From: Escherichia coli
GTDB taxonomy: Bacteria > Pseudomonadota > Gammaproteobacteria > Enterobacterales > Enterobacteriaceae
DNA length: 64,000 bases
Assembly: GCF_048403405.1 (NCBI RefSeq)
Contig: NZ_CP183129.1
Strand: one strand, 5' to 3'
Position 1 is the first letter of the stretch, and every line of letters starts with the position of its first letter. Below the pieces are notes generated by a model. The model saw only the letters and a list, made by a program, of their open reading frames with translations, ran no database searches and was not told where the DNA came from. A program made the translations under genes and the position numbers. Positions 8,937 to 20,456 of this stretch are shown here, one piece after another.

Positions 8937-10325
8937 ATGGAAAACAAGTCTGCTCGTGCAAAGGTCCAGGCTTTTGGGGGTTTTTTGACGGCAATGGTCA
9001 TCCCCAATATCGGTGCTTTTATTGCCTGGGGCTTTATAACTGCGTTATTTATTCCCACCGGTTGGCTGCCGAATGAACATTTCGCCAAAATTGTCGGCCC
9101 GATGATTACCTATTTATTGCCCGTGATGATTGGTTCTACCGGTGGTCACCTGGTCGGCGGTAAACGCGGCGCGGTCATGGGCGGAATTGGTACGATTGGT
9201 GTGATCGTCGGCGCAGAGATCCCGATGTTCCTTGGCTCGATGATTATGGGGCCGCTCGGTGGTCTGGTGATTAAATATATCGACAAGGCGCTGGAAAAAC
9301 GCATACCTGCCGGTTTTGAGATGGTTATCAATAACTTCTCATTAGGTATCGCGGGGATGCTCCTTTGTCTGCTGGGTTTTGAAGTTATCGGCCCGGCGGT
9401 GTTAATTGCCAATACTTTCGTCAAAGAGTGTATCGAGGCGCTGGTACATGCGGGTTATCTGCCTCTGCTGTCAGTCATCAATGAACCGGCGAAAGTGCTT
9501 TTCCTCAATAATGCGATCGATCAGGGCGTCTATTATCCGCTGGGAATGCAACAGGCTTCGGTTAACGGTAAATCTATCTTCTTTATGGTGGCGTCCAATC
9601 CTGGGCCTGGCTTAGGGCTGCTGCTGGCGTTTACCTTGTTTGGTAAAGGGATGAGTAAACGTTCTGCGCCCGGGGCGATGATTATTCACTTCCTCGGTGG
9701 GATCCACGAACTGTATTTCCCGTATGTGCTGATGAAGCCGCTGACCATTATTGCCATGATTGCGGGCGGTATGTCTGGCACCTGGATGTTTAACTTACTG
9801 GACGGTGGTCTGGTGGCTGGCCCAAGTCCGGGGTCTATCTTTGCTTACCTGGCGCTGACGCCGAAAGGCTCATTCCTGGCGACAATTGCTGGTGTTACGG
9901 TAGGTACCCTGGTGTCCTTTGCTATCACTTCGCTGATACTGAAGATGGAAAAAACGGTGGAAACGGAGAACGAAGATGAGTTTGCTCAGTCAGCCAATGC
10001 GGTTAAGGCGATGAAACAAGAGGGTGCATTCTCGTTAAGCCGGGTTAAGCGTATCGCCTTTGTTTGCGATGCGGGGATGGGCTCCAGCGCGATGGGCGCG
10101 ACCACCTTCCGTAAACGCCTGGAAAAGGCGGGGCTGGCAATAGAAGTAAAACATTACGCGATAGAAAACGTGCCTGCGGATGCCGATATCGTCGTTACTC
10201 ATGCCAGTCTGGAAGGGCGCGTGAAACGTGTGACGGATAAACCGCTGATATTGATTAATAACTATATTGGCGATCCAAAACTCGACACTTTATTTAATCA
10301 ATTAACCGCCGAACATAAAAACTGA
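8937..10325 (+). CDS. cmtA: PTS mannitol-family enzyme IICB (cryptic)
   Basis: Track ORF of 462 aa. It is a polytopic membrane domain followed by an EIIB domain (IAFVCDAGMGSSAMGAT), and matches CmtA. Confidence 0.93.
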   Translation: MENKSARAKVQAFGGFLTAMVIPNIGAFIAWGFITALFIPTGWLPNEHFAKIVGPMITYLLPVMIGSTGGHLVGGKRGAVMGGIGTIGVIVGAEIPMFLGSMIMGPLGGLVIKYIDKALEKRIPAGFEMVINNFSLGIAGMLLCLLGFEVIGPAVLIANTFVKECIEALVHAGYLPLLSVINEPAKVLFLNNAIDQGVYYPLGMQQASVNGKSIFFMVASNPGPGLGLLLAFTLFGKGMSKRSAPGAMIIHFLGGIHELYFPYVLMKPLTIIAMIAGGMSGTWMFNLLDGGLVAGPSPGSIFAYLALTPKGSFLATIAGVTVGTLVSFAITSLILKMEKTVETENEDEFAQSANAVKAMKQEGAFSLSRVKRIAFVCDAGMGSSAMGATTFRKRLEKAGLAIEVKHYAIENVPADADIVVTHASLEGRVKRVTDKPLILINNYIGDPKLDTLFNQLTAEHKN

Positions 10326-10339
10326 TTGCCGAGGTAAAA

Positions 10340-11617
10340 ATGAAAACCAAAGTTGCTGCTATTTATGGCAAGCGGGATATCCGTCTGCGCGAATTTGAAC
10401 TGCCAGAAATTACCGATAATGAACTGCTGGTGAGTGTAATTTCTGACAGCGTCTGTTTATCGACCTGGAAAGCGGCGTTACTCGGTAGTGAACATAAACG
10501 CGTACCCGACGATTTAGAAAATCATCCGGTCATTACCGGGCATGAATGTGCCGGGGTTATTGTTGAAGTGGGTAAAAATCTCACTGGCAAATATAAAAAA
10601 GGCCAGCGTTTTGTATTGCAACCGGCGATGGGGTTACCAAGCGGATATTCAGCGGGCTACAGCTACGAATATTTTGGCGGCAATGCCACTTATATGATTA
10701 TTCCCGAAATCGCCATTAATTTGGGCTGCGTATTACCGTATCACGGCTCTTATTTTGCTGCGGCGTCGCTGGCAGAGCCTATGTGCTGCATTATTGGCGC
10801 TTATCATGCCAATTATCACACCACGCAATATGTTTATGAGCATCGCATGGGCGTTAAACCTGGCGGCAATATTGCGCTGCTGGCATGTGCTGGTCCGATG
10901 GGCATTGGCGCTATCGATTATGCTATTAACGGCGGCATACAACCGTCGCGGGTGGTGGTGGTCGATATCGACGACAAACGCCTGGCGCAGGTACAAAAGC
11001 TGCTGCCGGTGGAACTGGCGGCCAGTAAAGGCATTGAGCTGGTGTATATGAATACCAAAGGGATGAGCGATCCGGTCCAGACGCTGCGGGCGCTGACGGA
11101 TGATGCCGGATTTGATGACGTATTTGTCTATGCAGCGGTGCCTTCAGTCGTCGAGATGGCTGATGAATTACTGGCGGAAGATGGCTGCCTGAACTTCTTT
11201 GCCGGGCCGACGGATAAAAACTTCAAAGTGCCGTTTAATTTCTACAACGTCCATTACAACAGCACGCATGTCGTCGGTACGTCCGGCGGTTCAACGGACG
11301 ACATGAAAGAGGCGATTGCGCTTAGCGCCACAGGGCAGTTGCAGCCGTCGTTTATGGTGACCCATATCGGTGGGCTGGATGCGGTGCCTGATACCGTGCT
11401 CAATCTGCCGGATATCCCCGGCGGTAAAAAACTCATTTATAACGGCGTCACCATGCCGCTCACTGCCATTGCCGATTTTGCCGAAAAAGGCAAAACCGAT
11501 CCGCTGTTTAAAGAGCTGGCGCGGCTGGTTGAGGAAACGCACGGCATCTGGAATGAGCAGGCCGAGAAATATCTGCTGGCGCAATTTGGCGTTGATATCG
11601 GGGAGGCCGCACAATGA
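10340..11617 (+). CDS. yggP: Zn-dependent alcohol/polyol dehydrogenase family protein
   Basis: Track ORF of 425 aa. It has the MDR-family motifs GHECAG and a GPMGIGA Rossmann loop. It starts 14 bp after cmtA and matches YggP. Confidence 0.9.
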   Translation: MKTKVAAIYGKRDIRLREFELPEITDNELLVSVISDSVCLSTWKAALLGSEHKRVPDDLENHPVITGHECAGVIVEVGKNLTGKYKKGQRFVLQPAMGLPSGYSAGYSYEYFGGNATYMIIPEIAINLGCVLPYHGSYFAAASLAEPMCCIIGAYHANYHTTQYVYEHRMGVKPGGNIALLACAGPMGIGAIDYAINGGIQPSRVVVVDIDDKRLAQVQKLLPVELAASKGIELVYMNTKGMSDPVQTLRALTDDAGFDDVFVYAAVPSVVEMADELLAEDGCLNFFAGPTDKNFKVPFNFYNVHYNSTHVVGTSGGSTDDMKEAIALSATGQLQPSFMVTHIGGLDAVPDTVLNLPDIPGGKKLIYNGVTMPLTAIADFAEKGKTDPLFKELARLVEETHGIWNEQAEKYLLAQFGVDIGEAAQ

Positions 11618-12579
11618 TGTCCCTGGCGTGGCCATTATTTCGCGTTACGGAACAGGCAGCGTTGGCTGCCTGGCCGCAAACCGGATGTGGCGACAAAAAT
11701 AAAATTGATGGCCTGGCGGTCACCGCGATGCGCCAGGCATTAAACGACGTCGCTTTTCGTGGGCGAGTGGTTATCGGCGAGGGAGAGATTGACCATGCGC
11801 CGATGCTGTGGATTGGCGAAGAGGTGGGCAAAGGCGATGGGCCAGAAGTCGATATCGCGGTTGACCCGATTGAAGGTACGCGGATGGTGGCGATGGGGCA
11901 GAGCAATGCGCTGGCGGTCATGGCTTTCGCCCCTCGAGATAGCCTGTTACACGCGCCCGATATGTATATGAAAAAACTGGTTGTTAATCGGCTGGCGGCG
12001 GGCGCGATTGATCTGTCCATGCCTCTGGCGGACAACTTGCGCAACGTGGCGAAAGCGTTAGGCAAACCGCTGGACAAGCTGCGTATGGTTACGCTGGATA
12101 AACCGCGCCTGAGTGCCGCAATTGAGGAAGCAACACAGCTGGGCGTGAAGGTTTTTGCCCTGCCGGATGGCGATGTCGCCGCCAGCGTGCTGACCTGCTG
12201 GCAGGATAATCCTTACGATGTGATGTACACCATCGGCGGTGCGCCAGAAGGCGTGATTTCTGCCTGTGCCGTTAAAGCATTAGGCGGGGATATGCAGGCC
12301 GAGCTGATTGACTTTTGTCAGGCTAAAGGGGATTACACGGAAAATCGGCAGATTGCAGTGCAGGAGCGCAAGCGTTGCAAGGAAATGGGCGTTGACGTTA
12401 ACCGTGTGTACTCGCTCGATGAACTGGTGAGGGGGAACGATATCCTCTTTAGCGCTACGGGCGTGACGGGCGGCGAGCTAGTGAACGGTATCCAACAGAC
12501 GGCGAATGGGGTGCGGACGCAGACATTACTGATCGGCGGCGCGGACCAAACGTGTAATATAATAGACTCCCTGCATTGA
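11614..12579 (+). CDS. yggF: Class II (GlpX-like) fructose-1,6-bisphosphatase
   Basis: Track ORF of 321 aa, MMSLAWPLFRVTEQAALAAW... It overlaps yggP by 4 bp (ATGA) and matches YggF. Confidence 0.92.
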   Translation: MMSLAWPLFRVTEQAALAAWPQTGCGDKNKIDGLAVTAMRQALNDVAFRGRVVIGEGEIDHAPMLWIGEEVGKGDGPEVDIAVDPIEGTRMVAMGQSNALAVMAFAPRDSLLHAPDMYMKKLVVNRLAAGAIDLSMPLADNLRNVAKALGKPLDKLRMVTLDKPRLSAAIEEATQLGVKVFALPDGDVAASVLTCWQDNPYDVMYTIGGAPEGVISACAVKALGGDMQAELIDFCQAKGDYTENRQIAVQERKRCKEMGVDVNRVYSLDELVRGNDILFSATGVTGGELVNGIQQTANGVRTQTLLIGGADQTCNIIDSLH

Positions 12580-12600
12580 TGGTGATCTATCGGAAGACCA

Positions 12601-13110
12601 ATGGCGACGCTGACAGAAGATGATGTGCTTGAGCAACTGGAGGCACAGGACAATTTATTTTCATTTATGAAAACTGCGCATACCATTTTGCTCCAGGGGA
12701 TACGCCAGTTTCTGCCGTCGCTGTTTGTCAATAACGATGAAGAGATCGTGGAATATGCAGTGAAGCCGTTACTCGCCCAAAGCGGCCCGCTTGACGATAT
12801 TGATGTTGCGCTGCGTTTGATTTATGCGCTGGGGAAAATGGATAAATGGCTGTACGCCGATATCACGCATTTTTCCCAGTTCTGGCATTACCTGAACGAA
12901 CAGAATGAAATGCCCGGATTTGCCGATGACATGACCTGGGATTTTATTAGCAACGTCAATAGCATAACCCGCAATGCGACTCTCTATGACGCGTTGAAAG
13001 CGATGAAGTTCGCCGATTTCGCCGTCTGGTCAGAGGCGCGTTTTAGCGGGATGGTCAAAACGGCGCTGACGCTGGCAGTAACGACAACCTTAAAGGAATT
13101 AACGCCGTGA
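12601..13110 (+). CDS. yggD: MtlR-family (mannitol repressor-like) protein
   Basis: Track ORF of 169 aa, MATLTEDDVLEQLEAQDNLFSFMK..., recognised as YggD. Confidence 0.9.
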   Translation: MATLTEDDVLEQLEAQDNLFSFMKTAHTILLQGIRQFLPSLFVNNDEEIVEYAVKPLLAQSGPLDDIDVALRLIYALGKMDKWLYADITHFSQFWHYLNEQNEMPGFADDMTWDFISNVNSITRNATLYDALKAMKFADFAVWSEARFSGMVKTALTLAVTTTLKELTP

Positions 13111-13820
13111 AAATCGAACTGACGGTGAATGGACTAAAGGTACAGGCGCAGTACTCTGATGATGAAATTGAGAATGTTCATAAACCGCTACTGCGTATGC
13201 TGGCGGCCTTACAGACGGTAAATCCGCAGCGGCGTACGGTGGTTTTTCTTTGCGCTCCGCCTGGTACAGGAAAATCGACTCTGACCACCTTCTGGGAATA
13301 TCTTGCGCAACAAGACCCCGAACTGCCCGCTATTCAGACGCTGCCGATGGATGGTTTTCATCATTACAATAGCTGGCTGGATGCGCATCAATTGCGCCCC
13401 TTCAAAGGCGCACCAGAGACATTTGACGTTGCGAAACTGGCGGAAAATCTGCGCCAGGTAATGGAAGGGGATTGTACGTGGCCGCAGTACGATCGACAAA
13501 AGCATGATCCTGTTGAAGATGCGCTGCACGTTACCGCACCCCTCGTCATCGTCGAAGGAAACTGGCTATTACTGGATGATGAAAAGTGGCAGGAGTTGGC
13601 ATCTTTCTGCGATTTTTCTATTTTTATTCATGCACCTGCTCAAATTCTGCGGGAGCGCTTGATTAGTCGTAAAATTGCGGGAGGATTATCGCGGCAAGAA
13701 GCCGAAGCTTTTTATGCCCGAACCGATGGTCCCAATGTCGAGCGTGTGCTGGTGAATAGTCGTCAGGCCAATCTGATATTAGAGATGACCGAAGAAGGCA
13801 GATATCACTTCAAAAGCTGA
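13107..13820 (+). CDS. yggC: P-loop nucleoside/sugar kinase-like protein
   Basis: Track ORF of 237 aa with a GTG start that overlaps the yggD stop (GTGA). It has a Walker A motif APPGTGKST and matches YggC. Confidence 0.9.
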   Translation: MKIELTVNGLKVQAQYSDDEIENVHKPLLRMLAALQTVNPQRRTVVFLCAPPGTGKSTLTTFWEYLAQQDPELPAIQTLPMDGFHHYNSWLDAHQLRPFKGAPETFDVAKLAENLRQVMEGDCTWPQYDRQKHDPVEDALHVTAPLVIVEGNWLLLDDEKWQELASFCDFSIFIHAPAQILRERLISRKIAGGLSRQEAEAFYARTDGPNVERVLVNSRQANLILEMTEEGRYHFKS

Positions 13821-13967
13821 CAATTTATTCCAGTTATTGCAGGGGTATTATTACGCCAGCCTGGAATAAAGCCCCCTACAAAAGGGGATAAAAGTGTGAT
13901 GTAAGTCAGATAAATGTCTTCTTCGGCTGGACAATCATTCCTTTTATTCCACGTTTCGCTTATCCTA

Positions 13968-13984
13968 GCTGAAGCGTTTCAGTC
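13968..13984. promoter_or_regulatory. Probable Cra (FruR) operator upstream of epd
   Basis: gctgaagcgtttcagtc is a near-palindrome resembling the Cra consensus GCTGAAACGTTTCA. As I recall, the epd-pgk-fbaA operon is a described Cra target. Confidence 0.55.
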
Positions 13985-14104
13985 GATTAAATGTTCGACA
14001 ATTAACCAATCAGTCGCAGTTTGCGACAGGTAAGGTTTCCCCGGACGATTTGCTGGATTACTCTGTCTGGCAAATTTGCTCAGGGAAAACCTTGCAGGAG
14101 ATCT

Positions 14105-15124
14105 ATGACCGTACGCGTAGCGATAAATGGCTTCGGTCGCATCGGGCGTAATGTGGTTCGTGCTTTGTATGAATCCGGACGCCGGGCGGAAATTACCGTG
14201 GTGGCAATCAACGAACTGGCGGATGCTGCGGGCATGGCGCATTTGTTGAAATATGACACCAGCCATGGCCGTTTTGCATGGGAAGTACGACAGGAACGCG
14301 ATCAACTTTTTGTTGGTGATGACGCCATCCGCGTATTGCATGAACGTTCACTGCAATCGCTCCCCTGGCGTGAACTTGGCGTTGATGTAGTCCTCGACTG
14401 CACCGGCGTATATGGCTCCCGCGAGCATGGCGAAGCGCATATTGCCGCCGGGGCCAAAAAAGTGCTCTTTTCACATCCTGGCAGTAACGATCTCGACGCG
14501 ACCGTTGTTTACGGCGTCAATCAGGATCAACTTCGTGCGGAACACCGCATCGTTTCTAACGCTTCCTGTACCACGAATTGCATAATTCCCGTCATCAAAT
14601 TGTTAGATGATGCGTACGGTATTGAGTCCGGCACTGTGACCACAATTCACTCCGCCATGCACGATCAACAGGTTATTGATGCATACCATCCTGACCTGCG
14701 TCGCACCCGGGCAGCCAGCCAGTCGATCATTCCGGTCGATACTAAACTGGCCGCCGGTATCACACGATTTTTTCCGCAATTTAACGATCGCTTTGAAGCG
14801 ATTGCGGTACGTGTGCCAACCATAAATGTGACGGCAATCGATTTAAGCGTGACGGTGAAGAAACCTGTAAAAGCCAATGAAGTCAACCTGTTGCTGCAAA
14901 AAGCAGCACAAGGTGCATTTCATGGTATAGTTGACTATACGGAATTGCCGTTGGTCTCTGTAGATTTTAACCACGATCCGCACAGTGCCATTGTCGATGG
15001 CACCCAAACCCGGGTCAGTGGCGCACACCTGATCAAAACGTTGGTCTGGTGCGATAACGAATGGGGCTTTGCTAACCGAATGCTCGACACGACGTTAGCT
15101 ATGGCTACTGTTGCTTTCAGGTAA
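14105..15124 (+). CDS. epd: D-erythrose-4-phosphate dehydrogenase
   Basis: Track ORF 14021..15124. The ATG at 14105 gives [25 protein letters not shown]..., 339 aa, GAPDH family (SCTTNC active site), and matches Epd. Confidence 0.95.
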
Positions 15125-15173
15125 GACGCAAGCAGCGTCTGCAAAACTTTTAGAATCAACGAGAGGATTCACC

Positions 15174-16337
15174 ATGTCTGTAATTAAGATGACCGATCTG
15201 GATCTTGCTGGGAAACGTGTATTTATCCGTGCGGATCTGAACGTACCAGTAAAAGACGGGAAAGTAACCAGCGACGCGCGTATCCGTGCTTCTCTGCCGA
15301 CCATCGAACTGGCCCTGAAACAAGGCGCAAAAGTGATGGTAACTTCCCACCTGGGTCGTCCTACCGAAGGCGAGTACAACGAAGAATTCTCTCTGCTGCC
15401 GGTTGTTAACTACCTGAAAGACAAACTGTCTAACCCGGTTCGTTTGGTTAAAGATTACCTCGACGGCGTTGACGTTGCTGAAGGTGAACTGGTTGTTCTG
15501 GAAAACGTTCGCTTCAACAAAGGCGAGAAGAAAGACGACGAAACTCTGTCCAAAAAATACGCTGCACTGTGTGACGTGTTCGTAATGGACGCATTCGGTA
15601 CTGCTCACCGCGCGCAGGCTTCTACTCACGGTATCGGTAAATTTGCTGATGTTGCGTGCGCAGGTCCGCTGCTGGCAGCTGAACTGGACGCGCTGGGTAA
15701 AGCACTGAAAGAACCTGCTCGCCCGATGGTGGCTATCGTTGGTGGTTCTAAAGTATCTACCAAACTGACCGTTCTGGACTCCCTGTCTAAAATCGCTGAC
15801 CAGCTGATTGTTGGTGGTGGCATCGCTAACACCTTTATCGCGGCACAAGGCCACGATGTGGGTAAATCTCTGTACGAAGCTGACCTGGTTGACGAAGCTA
15901 AACGTCTGCTGACCACCTGCAACATCCCGGTTCCGTCTGATGTTCGCGTAGCAACCGAGTTCTCTGAAACTGCACCGGCTACCCTGAAATCTGTTAACGA
16001 TGTGAAAGCTGACGAGCAGATCCTGGATATCGGTGATGCTTCCGCTCAGGAACTGGCTGAAATCCTGAAGAATGCGAAAACCATTCTGTGGAACGGTCCG
16101 GTTGGCGTGTTCGAATTCCCGAACTTCCGCAAAGGTACTGAAATCGTGGCTAACGCTATCGCAGACAGCGAAGCGTTCTCCATCGCTGGCGGCGGCGACA
16201 CTCTGGCAGCAATCGACCTGTTCGGCATTGCTGACAAAATCTCCTACATCTCCACTGGCGGCGGTGCATTCCTCGAATTCGTGGAAGGTAAAGTACTGCC
16301 TGCAGTAGCGATGCTCGAAGAGCGCGCTAAGAAGTAA
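15174..16337 (+). CDS. pgk: Phosphoglycerate kinase
   Basis: Track ORF 15111..16337. The ATG at 15174 gives [25 protein letters not shown]..., 387 aa. Confidence 0.97.
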
Positions 16338-16346
16338 AAAAATCAC

Positions 16347-16370
16347 AGGGCAGGGAAACCTGCCCTTGTT
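16347..16370 (+). terminator. Hairpin after pgk (weak terminator or attenuator)
   Basis: agggcagg-gaaa-cctgccct forms a stem-loop but is followed only by ttgtt. This fits partial termination ahead of fbaA. Confidence 0.45.
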
Positions 16371-16400
16371 GCAGCGCGCTTTTAAAGCACGCACTTTTTC

Positions 16401-16525
16401 ATACTCTAAATAATTCGAGTTGCAGGAAGGCGACAAGAGAGTGAATCCCATGAGCTTACATAAGTAAGTGACTGAGGTGAGCGAACGCAGACGCAGCACA
16501 TGCAACTTGAAGTATGACGAGTATA
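16401..16525. repeat. ERIC / IRU intergenic repeat
   Basis: gtgaatcccatgagcttacataagtaagtgactgaggtgagcg matches the ERIC core (the ERIC1R/ERIC2 primer region) with a few mismatches. The terminal inverted ends are atactc...gagtat. Confidence 0.8.
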
Positions 16526-16551
16526 AGGCCCGACGATACAGGACAAGAGAC

Positions 16552-17631
16552 ATGTCTAAGATTTTTGATTTCGTAAAACCTGGCGTAATCACTGGTGATG
16601 ACGTACAGAAAGTTTTCCAGGTAGCAAAAGAAAACAACTTCGCACTGCCAGCAGTAAACTGCGTCGGTACTGACTCCATCAACGCCGTGCTGGAAACCGC
16701 TGCTAAAGTTAAAGCGCCGGTTATCGTTCAGTTCTCCAACGGTGGTGCTTCCTTTATCGCTGGTAAAGGCGTGAAATCTGACGTTCCGCAGGGCGCTGCT
16801 ATCCTGGGCGCGATCTCTGGTGCGCATCACGTTCACCAGATGGCTGAACATTATGGTGTTCCGGTTATCCTGCACACCGACCACTGCGCGAAGAAACTGC
16901 TGCCGTGGATCGACGGTCTGCTGGACGCGGGTGAGAAACACTTCGCTGCTACCGGTAAGCCGCTGTTCTCTTCTCACATGATCGACCTGTCTGAAGAATC
17001 TCTGCAAGAGAACATCGAAATCTGCTCTAAATACCTGGAGCGCATGTCCAAAATCGGCATGACTCTGGAAATCGAACTGGGTTGCACCGGTGGTGAAGAA
17101 GACGGCGTAGACAACAGCCACATGGACGCTTCTGCACTGTACACCCAGCCGGAAGACGTTGATTACGCATACACCGAGCTGAGCAAAATCAGCCCGCGTT
17201 TCACCATCGCTGCGTCCTTCGGTAACGTACACGGTGTTTACAAGCCGGGTAACGTGGTTCTGACTCCGACCATCCTGCGTGATTCTCAGGAATATGTTTC
17301 TAAGAAACACAACCTGCCGCACAACAGCCTGAACTTCGTATTCCACGGTGGTTCCGGTTCTACTGCTCAGGAAATCAAAGACTCCGTAAGCTACGGCGTA
17401 GTGAAAATGAACATCGATACCGATACCCAATGGGCAACCTGGGAAGGCGTTCTGAACTACTACAAAGCGAACGAAGCTTACCTGCAGGGTCAGCTGGGTA
17501 ACCCGAAAGGCGAAGATCAGCCGAACAAGAAATACTACGATCCGCGCGTATGGCTGCGTGCCGGTCAGACTTCGATGATCGCTCGTCTGGAAAAAGCATT
17601 CCAGGAACTGAACGCGATCGACGTTCTGTAA
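16552..17631 (+). CDS. fbaA: Fructose-bisphosphate aldolase class II
   Basis: Track ORF 16468..17631. The ATG at 16552 gives MSKIFDFVKPGVITGDDVQKVFQ..., 359 aa. Confidence 0.97.
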   Translation: MSKIFDFVKPGVITGDDVQKVFQVAKENNFALPAVNCVGTDSINAVLETAAKVKAPVIVQFSNGGASFIAGKGVKSDVPQGAAILGAISGAHHVHQMAEHYGVPVILHTDHCAKKLLPWIDGLLDAGEKHFAATGKPLFSSHMIDLSEESLQENIEICSKYLERMSKIGMTLEIELGCTGGEEDGVDNSHMDASALYTQPEDVDYAYTELSKISPRFTIAASFGNVHGVYKPGNVVLTPTILRDSQEYVSKKHNLPHNSLNFVFHGGSGSTAQEIKDSVSYGVVKMNIDTDTQWATWEGVLNYYKANEAYLQGQLGNPKGEDQPNKKYYDPRVWLRAGQTSMIARLEKAFQELNAIDVL

Positions 17632-17655
17632 GTCATTCCTTTCTGCTTATCTCAA

Positions 17656-17679
17656 GGCCCGCTCTGCGGGTCTTTTTTT
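17656..17679 (+). terminator. Rho-independent terminator after fbaA
   Basis: The ggcccgc-tct-gcgggtc hairpin is followed by a run of seven T. Confidence 0.75.
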
Positions 17680-17821
17680 CGCCAAAAGCAAGGTGATGCA
17701 GATGAGAAATCTGTGATCTATTTGGCAAAATTATGCTTTATTGTTTACCCTTGTCAGACTGCCCGTCATAAGGCGGCGGAGTGTATTTCTCCATTTTGAG
17801 TCAGTTGAAAAGGAATATTGA

Positions 17822-18682
<861 letters not shown>

Positions 18683-18820
18683 TCAACGCTGAGGCCAGAT
18701 AATACTCTCTGGCCTCTCTCTTATTAGTTTTTCTGATTGCCAATTAATATTATCAATTTCCGCTAATAACAATCCCGCGATATAGTCTCTGCATCAGATA
18801 CTTAATTCGGAATATCCAAC

Positions 18821-19456
18821 GTGTTTTCTTATTACTTTCAAGGTCTTGCGCTTGGCGCAGCTATGATCCTACCGCTCGGTCCACAAAATGCTTTTGTGAT
18901 GAATCAGGGCATTCGTCGTCAGTACCACATTATGATTGCCTTACTTTGCGCTATCAGCGATTTGGTCCTGATTTGCGCCGGGATTTTTGGTGGCAGCGCG
19001 TTATTGATGCAGTCGCCGTGGTTGCTGGCGCTGGTCACCTGGGGCGGCGTAGCCTTCTTGCTGTGGTATGGTTTTGGCGCTTTTAAAACAGCGATGAGCA
19101 GTAATATTGAGTTAGCCAGTGCCGAAGTCCTGAAGCAAGGCAGATGGAAAATTATCGCCACCATGCTGGCAGTGACCTGGCTGAATCCGCATGTTTACCT
19201 GGATACTTTTGTTGTACTGGGCAGCCTTGGCGGGCAACTTGATGTGGAACCAAAACGTTGGTTTGCGCTCGGGACTATTAGCGCCTCTTTCCTGTGGTTC
19301 TTTGGTCTGGCTATTCTCGCAGCCTGGCTGGCACCGCGCCTGCGCACGGCAAAATCACAACGCATTATCAATCTGGTTGTGGGATGTGTTATGTGGTTTA
19401 TTGCCTTGCAGCTGGCGAGAGACGGTATTGCTCATGCACAAGCCTTGTTCAGTTAG
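18821..19456 (+). CDS. argO: Arginine exporter (LysE family)
   Basis: Track ORF of 211 aa with a GTG start, [25 protein letters not shown]..., and matches ArgO. Confidence 0.94.
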
Positions 19457-19548
19457 GCGCTATCTGATGGAAAAATAAAACAGAGGCGCTAAGCTTGCCT
19501 CCAGAGGTCCTGAATTTTAGGCAAGTCAATTAACACGGAGAGACTAAC

Positions 19549-20289
19549 GTGAAGTTCAAAGTTATCGCCCTGGCGGCATTAATGGGTATTAGCGGGATGG
19601 CAGCGCAGGCTAACGAATTGCCGGATGGACCGCATATTGTCACCTCCGGTACGGCAAGCGTGGATGCGGTGCCAGACATTGCCACTCTTGCGATTGAAGT
19701 CAACGTGGCCGCGAAGGATGCCGCTACTGCCAAGAAACAGGCGGATGAGCGCGTCGCACAATACATTTCCTTCCTTGAACTCAATCAGATCGCGAAAAAA
19801 GATATCAGCTCAGCGAACTTACGCACCCAGCCAGATTATGATTATCAGGATGGTAAAAGTATCCTGAAAGGCTACCGTGCTGTGAGAACGGTGGAAGTCA
19901 CGCTCCGTCAGTTAGACAAACTGAATTCCTTGCTGGATGGCGCGCTGAAGGCGGGTCTTAACGAAATTCGTTCTGTGTCGCTGGGCGTGGCGCAGCCGGA
20001 TGCCTATAAAGACAAAGCGCGTAAGGCAGCGATTGATAACGCGATTCATCAGGCGCAGGAACTGGCGAACGGCTTTCATCGTAAACTGGGGCCGGTATAT
20101 AGCGTGCGCTACCATGTTTCCAACTATCAGCCCAGCCCAATGGTGCGGATGATGAAAGCCGATGCCGCGCCGGTGTCCGCCCAGGAAACTTACGAGCAGG
20201 CCGCTATTCAGTTTGATGATCAGGTCGATGTGGTCTTCCAGTTAGAACCTGTGGATCAACAACCCGCTAAAACACCTGCAGCACAATAA
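19549..20289 (+). CDS. yggE: Periplasmic SIMPL-domain (DUF541) oxidative-stress protein
   Basis: Track ORF of 246 aa with a GTG start and signal peptide MKFKVIALAALMGISGMAAQA, and matches YggE. Confidence 0.92.
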   Translation: MKFKVIALAALMGISGMAAQANELPDGPHIVTSGTASVDAVPDIATLAIEVNVAAKDAATAKKQADERVAQYISFLELNQIAKKDISSANLRTQPDYDYQDGKSILKGYRAVRTVEVTLRQLDKLNSLLDGALKAGLNEIRSVSLGVAQPDAYKDKARKAAIDNAIHQAQELANGFHRKLGPVYSVRYHVSNYQPSPMVRMMKADAAPVSAQETYEQAAIQFDDQVDVVFQLEPVDQQPAKTPAAQ

Positions 20290-20456
20290 TATTTATAGCC
20301 CGACGTATTCGTCGGGCTAATGCCTTTACCCGATATTGCCTCCTTTTTCTGTAATTTTCTGTAAAACCATGACGTAATCACCTATCTTTGCTCGCGGTTT
20401 CATCAAGGATAGGCTGACTGAAACGGTTAAGCGGACAAGGATGCGGGGGAGCGGGG

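Noticed and set aside
15156-16682. 508-aa ORF antisense to pgk, running through the ERIC element into fbaA
   Set aside because: It is a shadow ORF opposite pgk. It crosses an intergenic repeat and two genes, and has no SD or plausible start context.
16456-17430. 324-aa ORF antisense to fbaA
   Set aside because: This is the same shadow-ORF phenomenon in a highly expressed, codon-biased gene.
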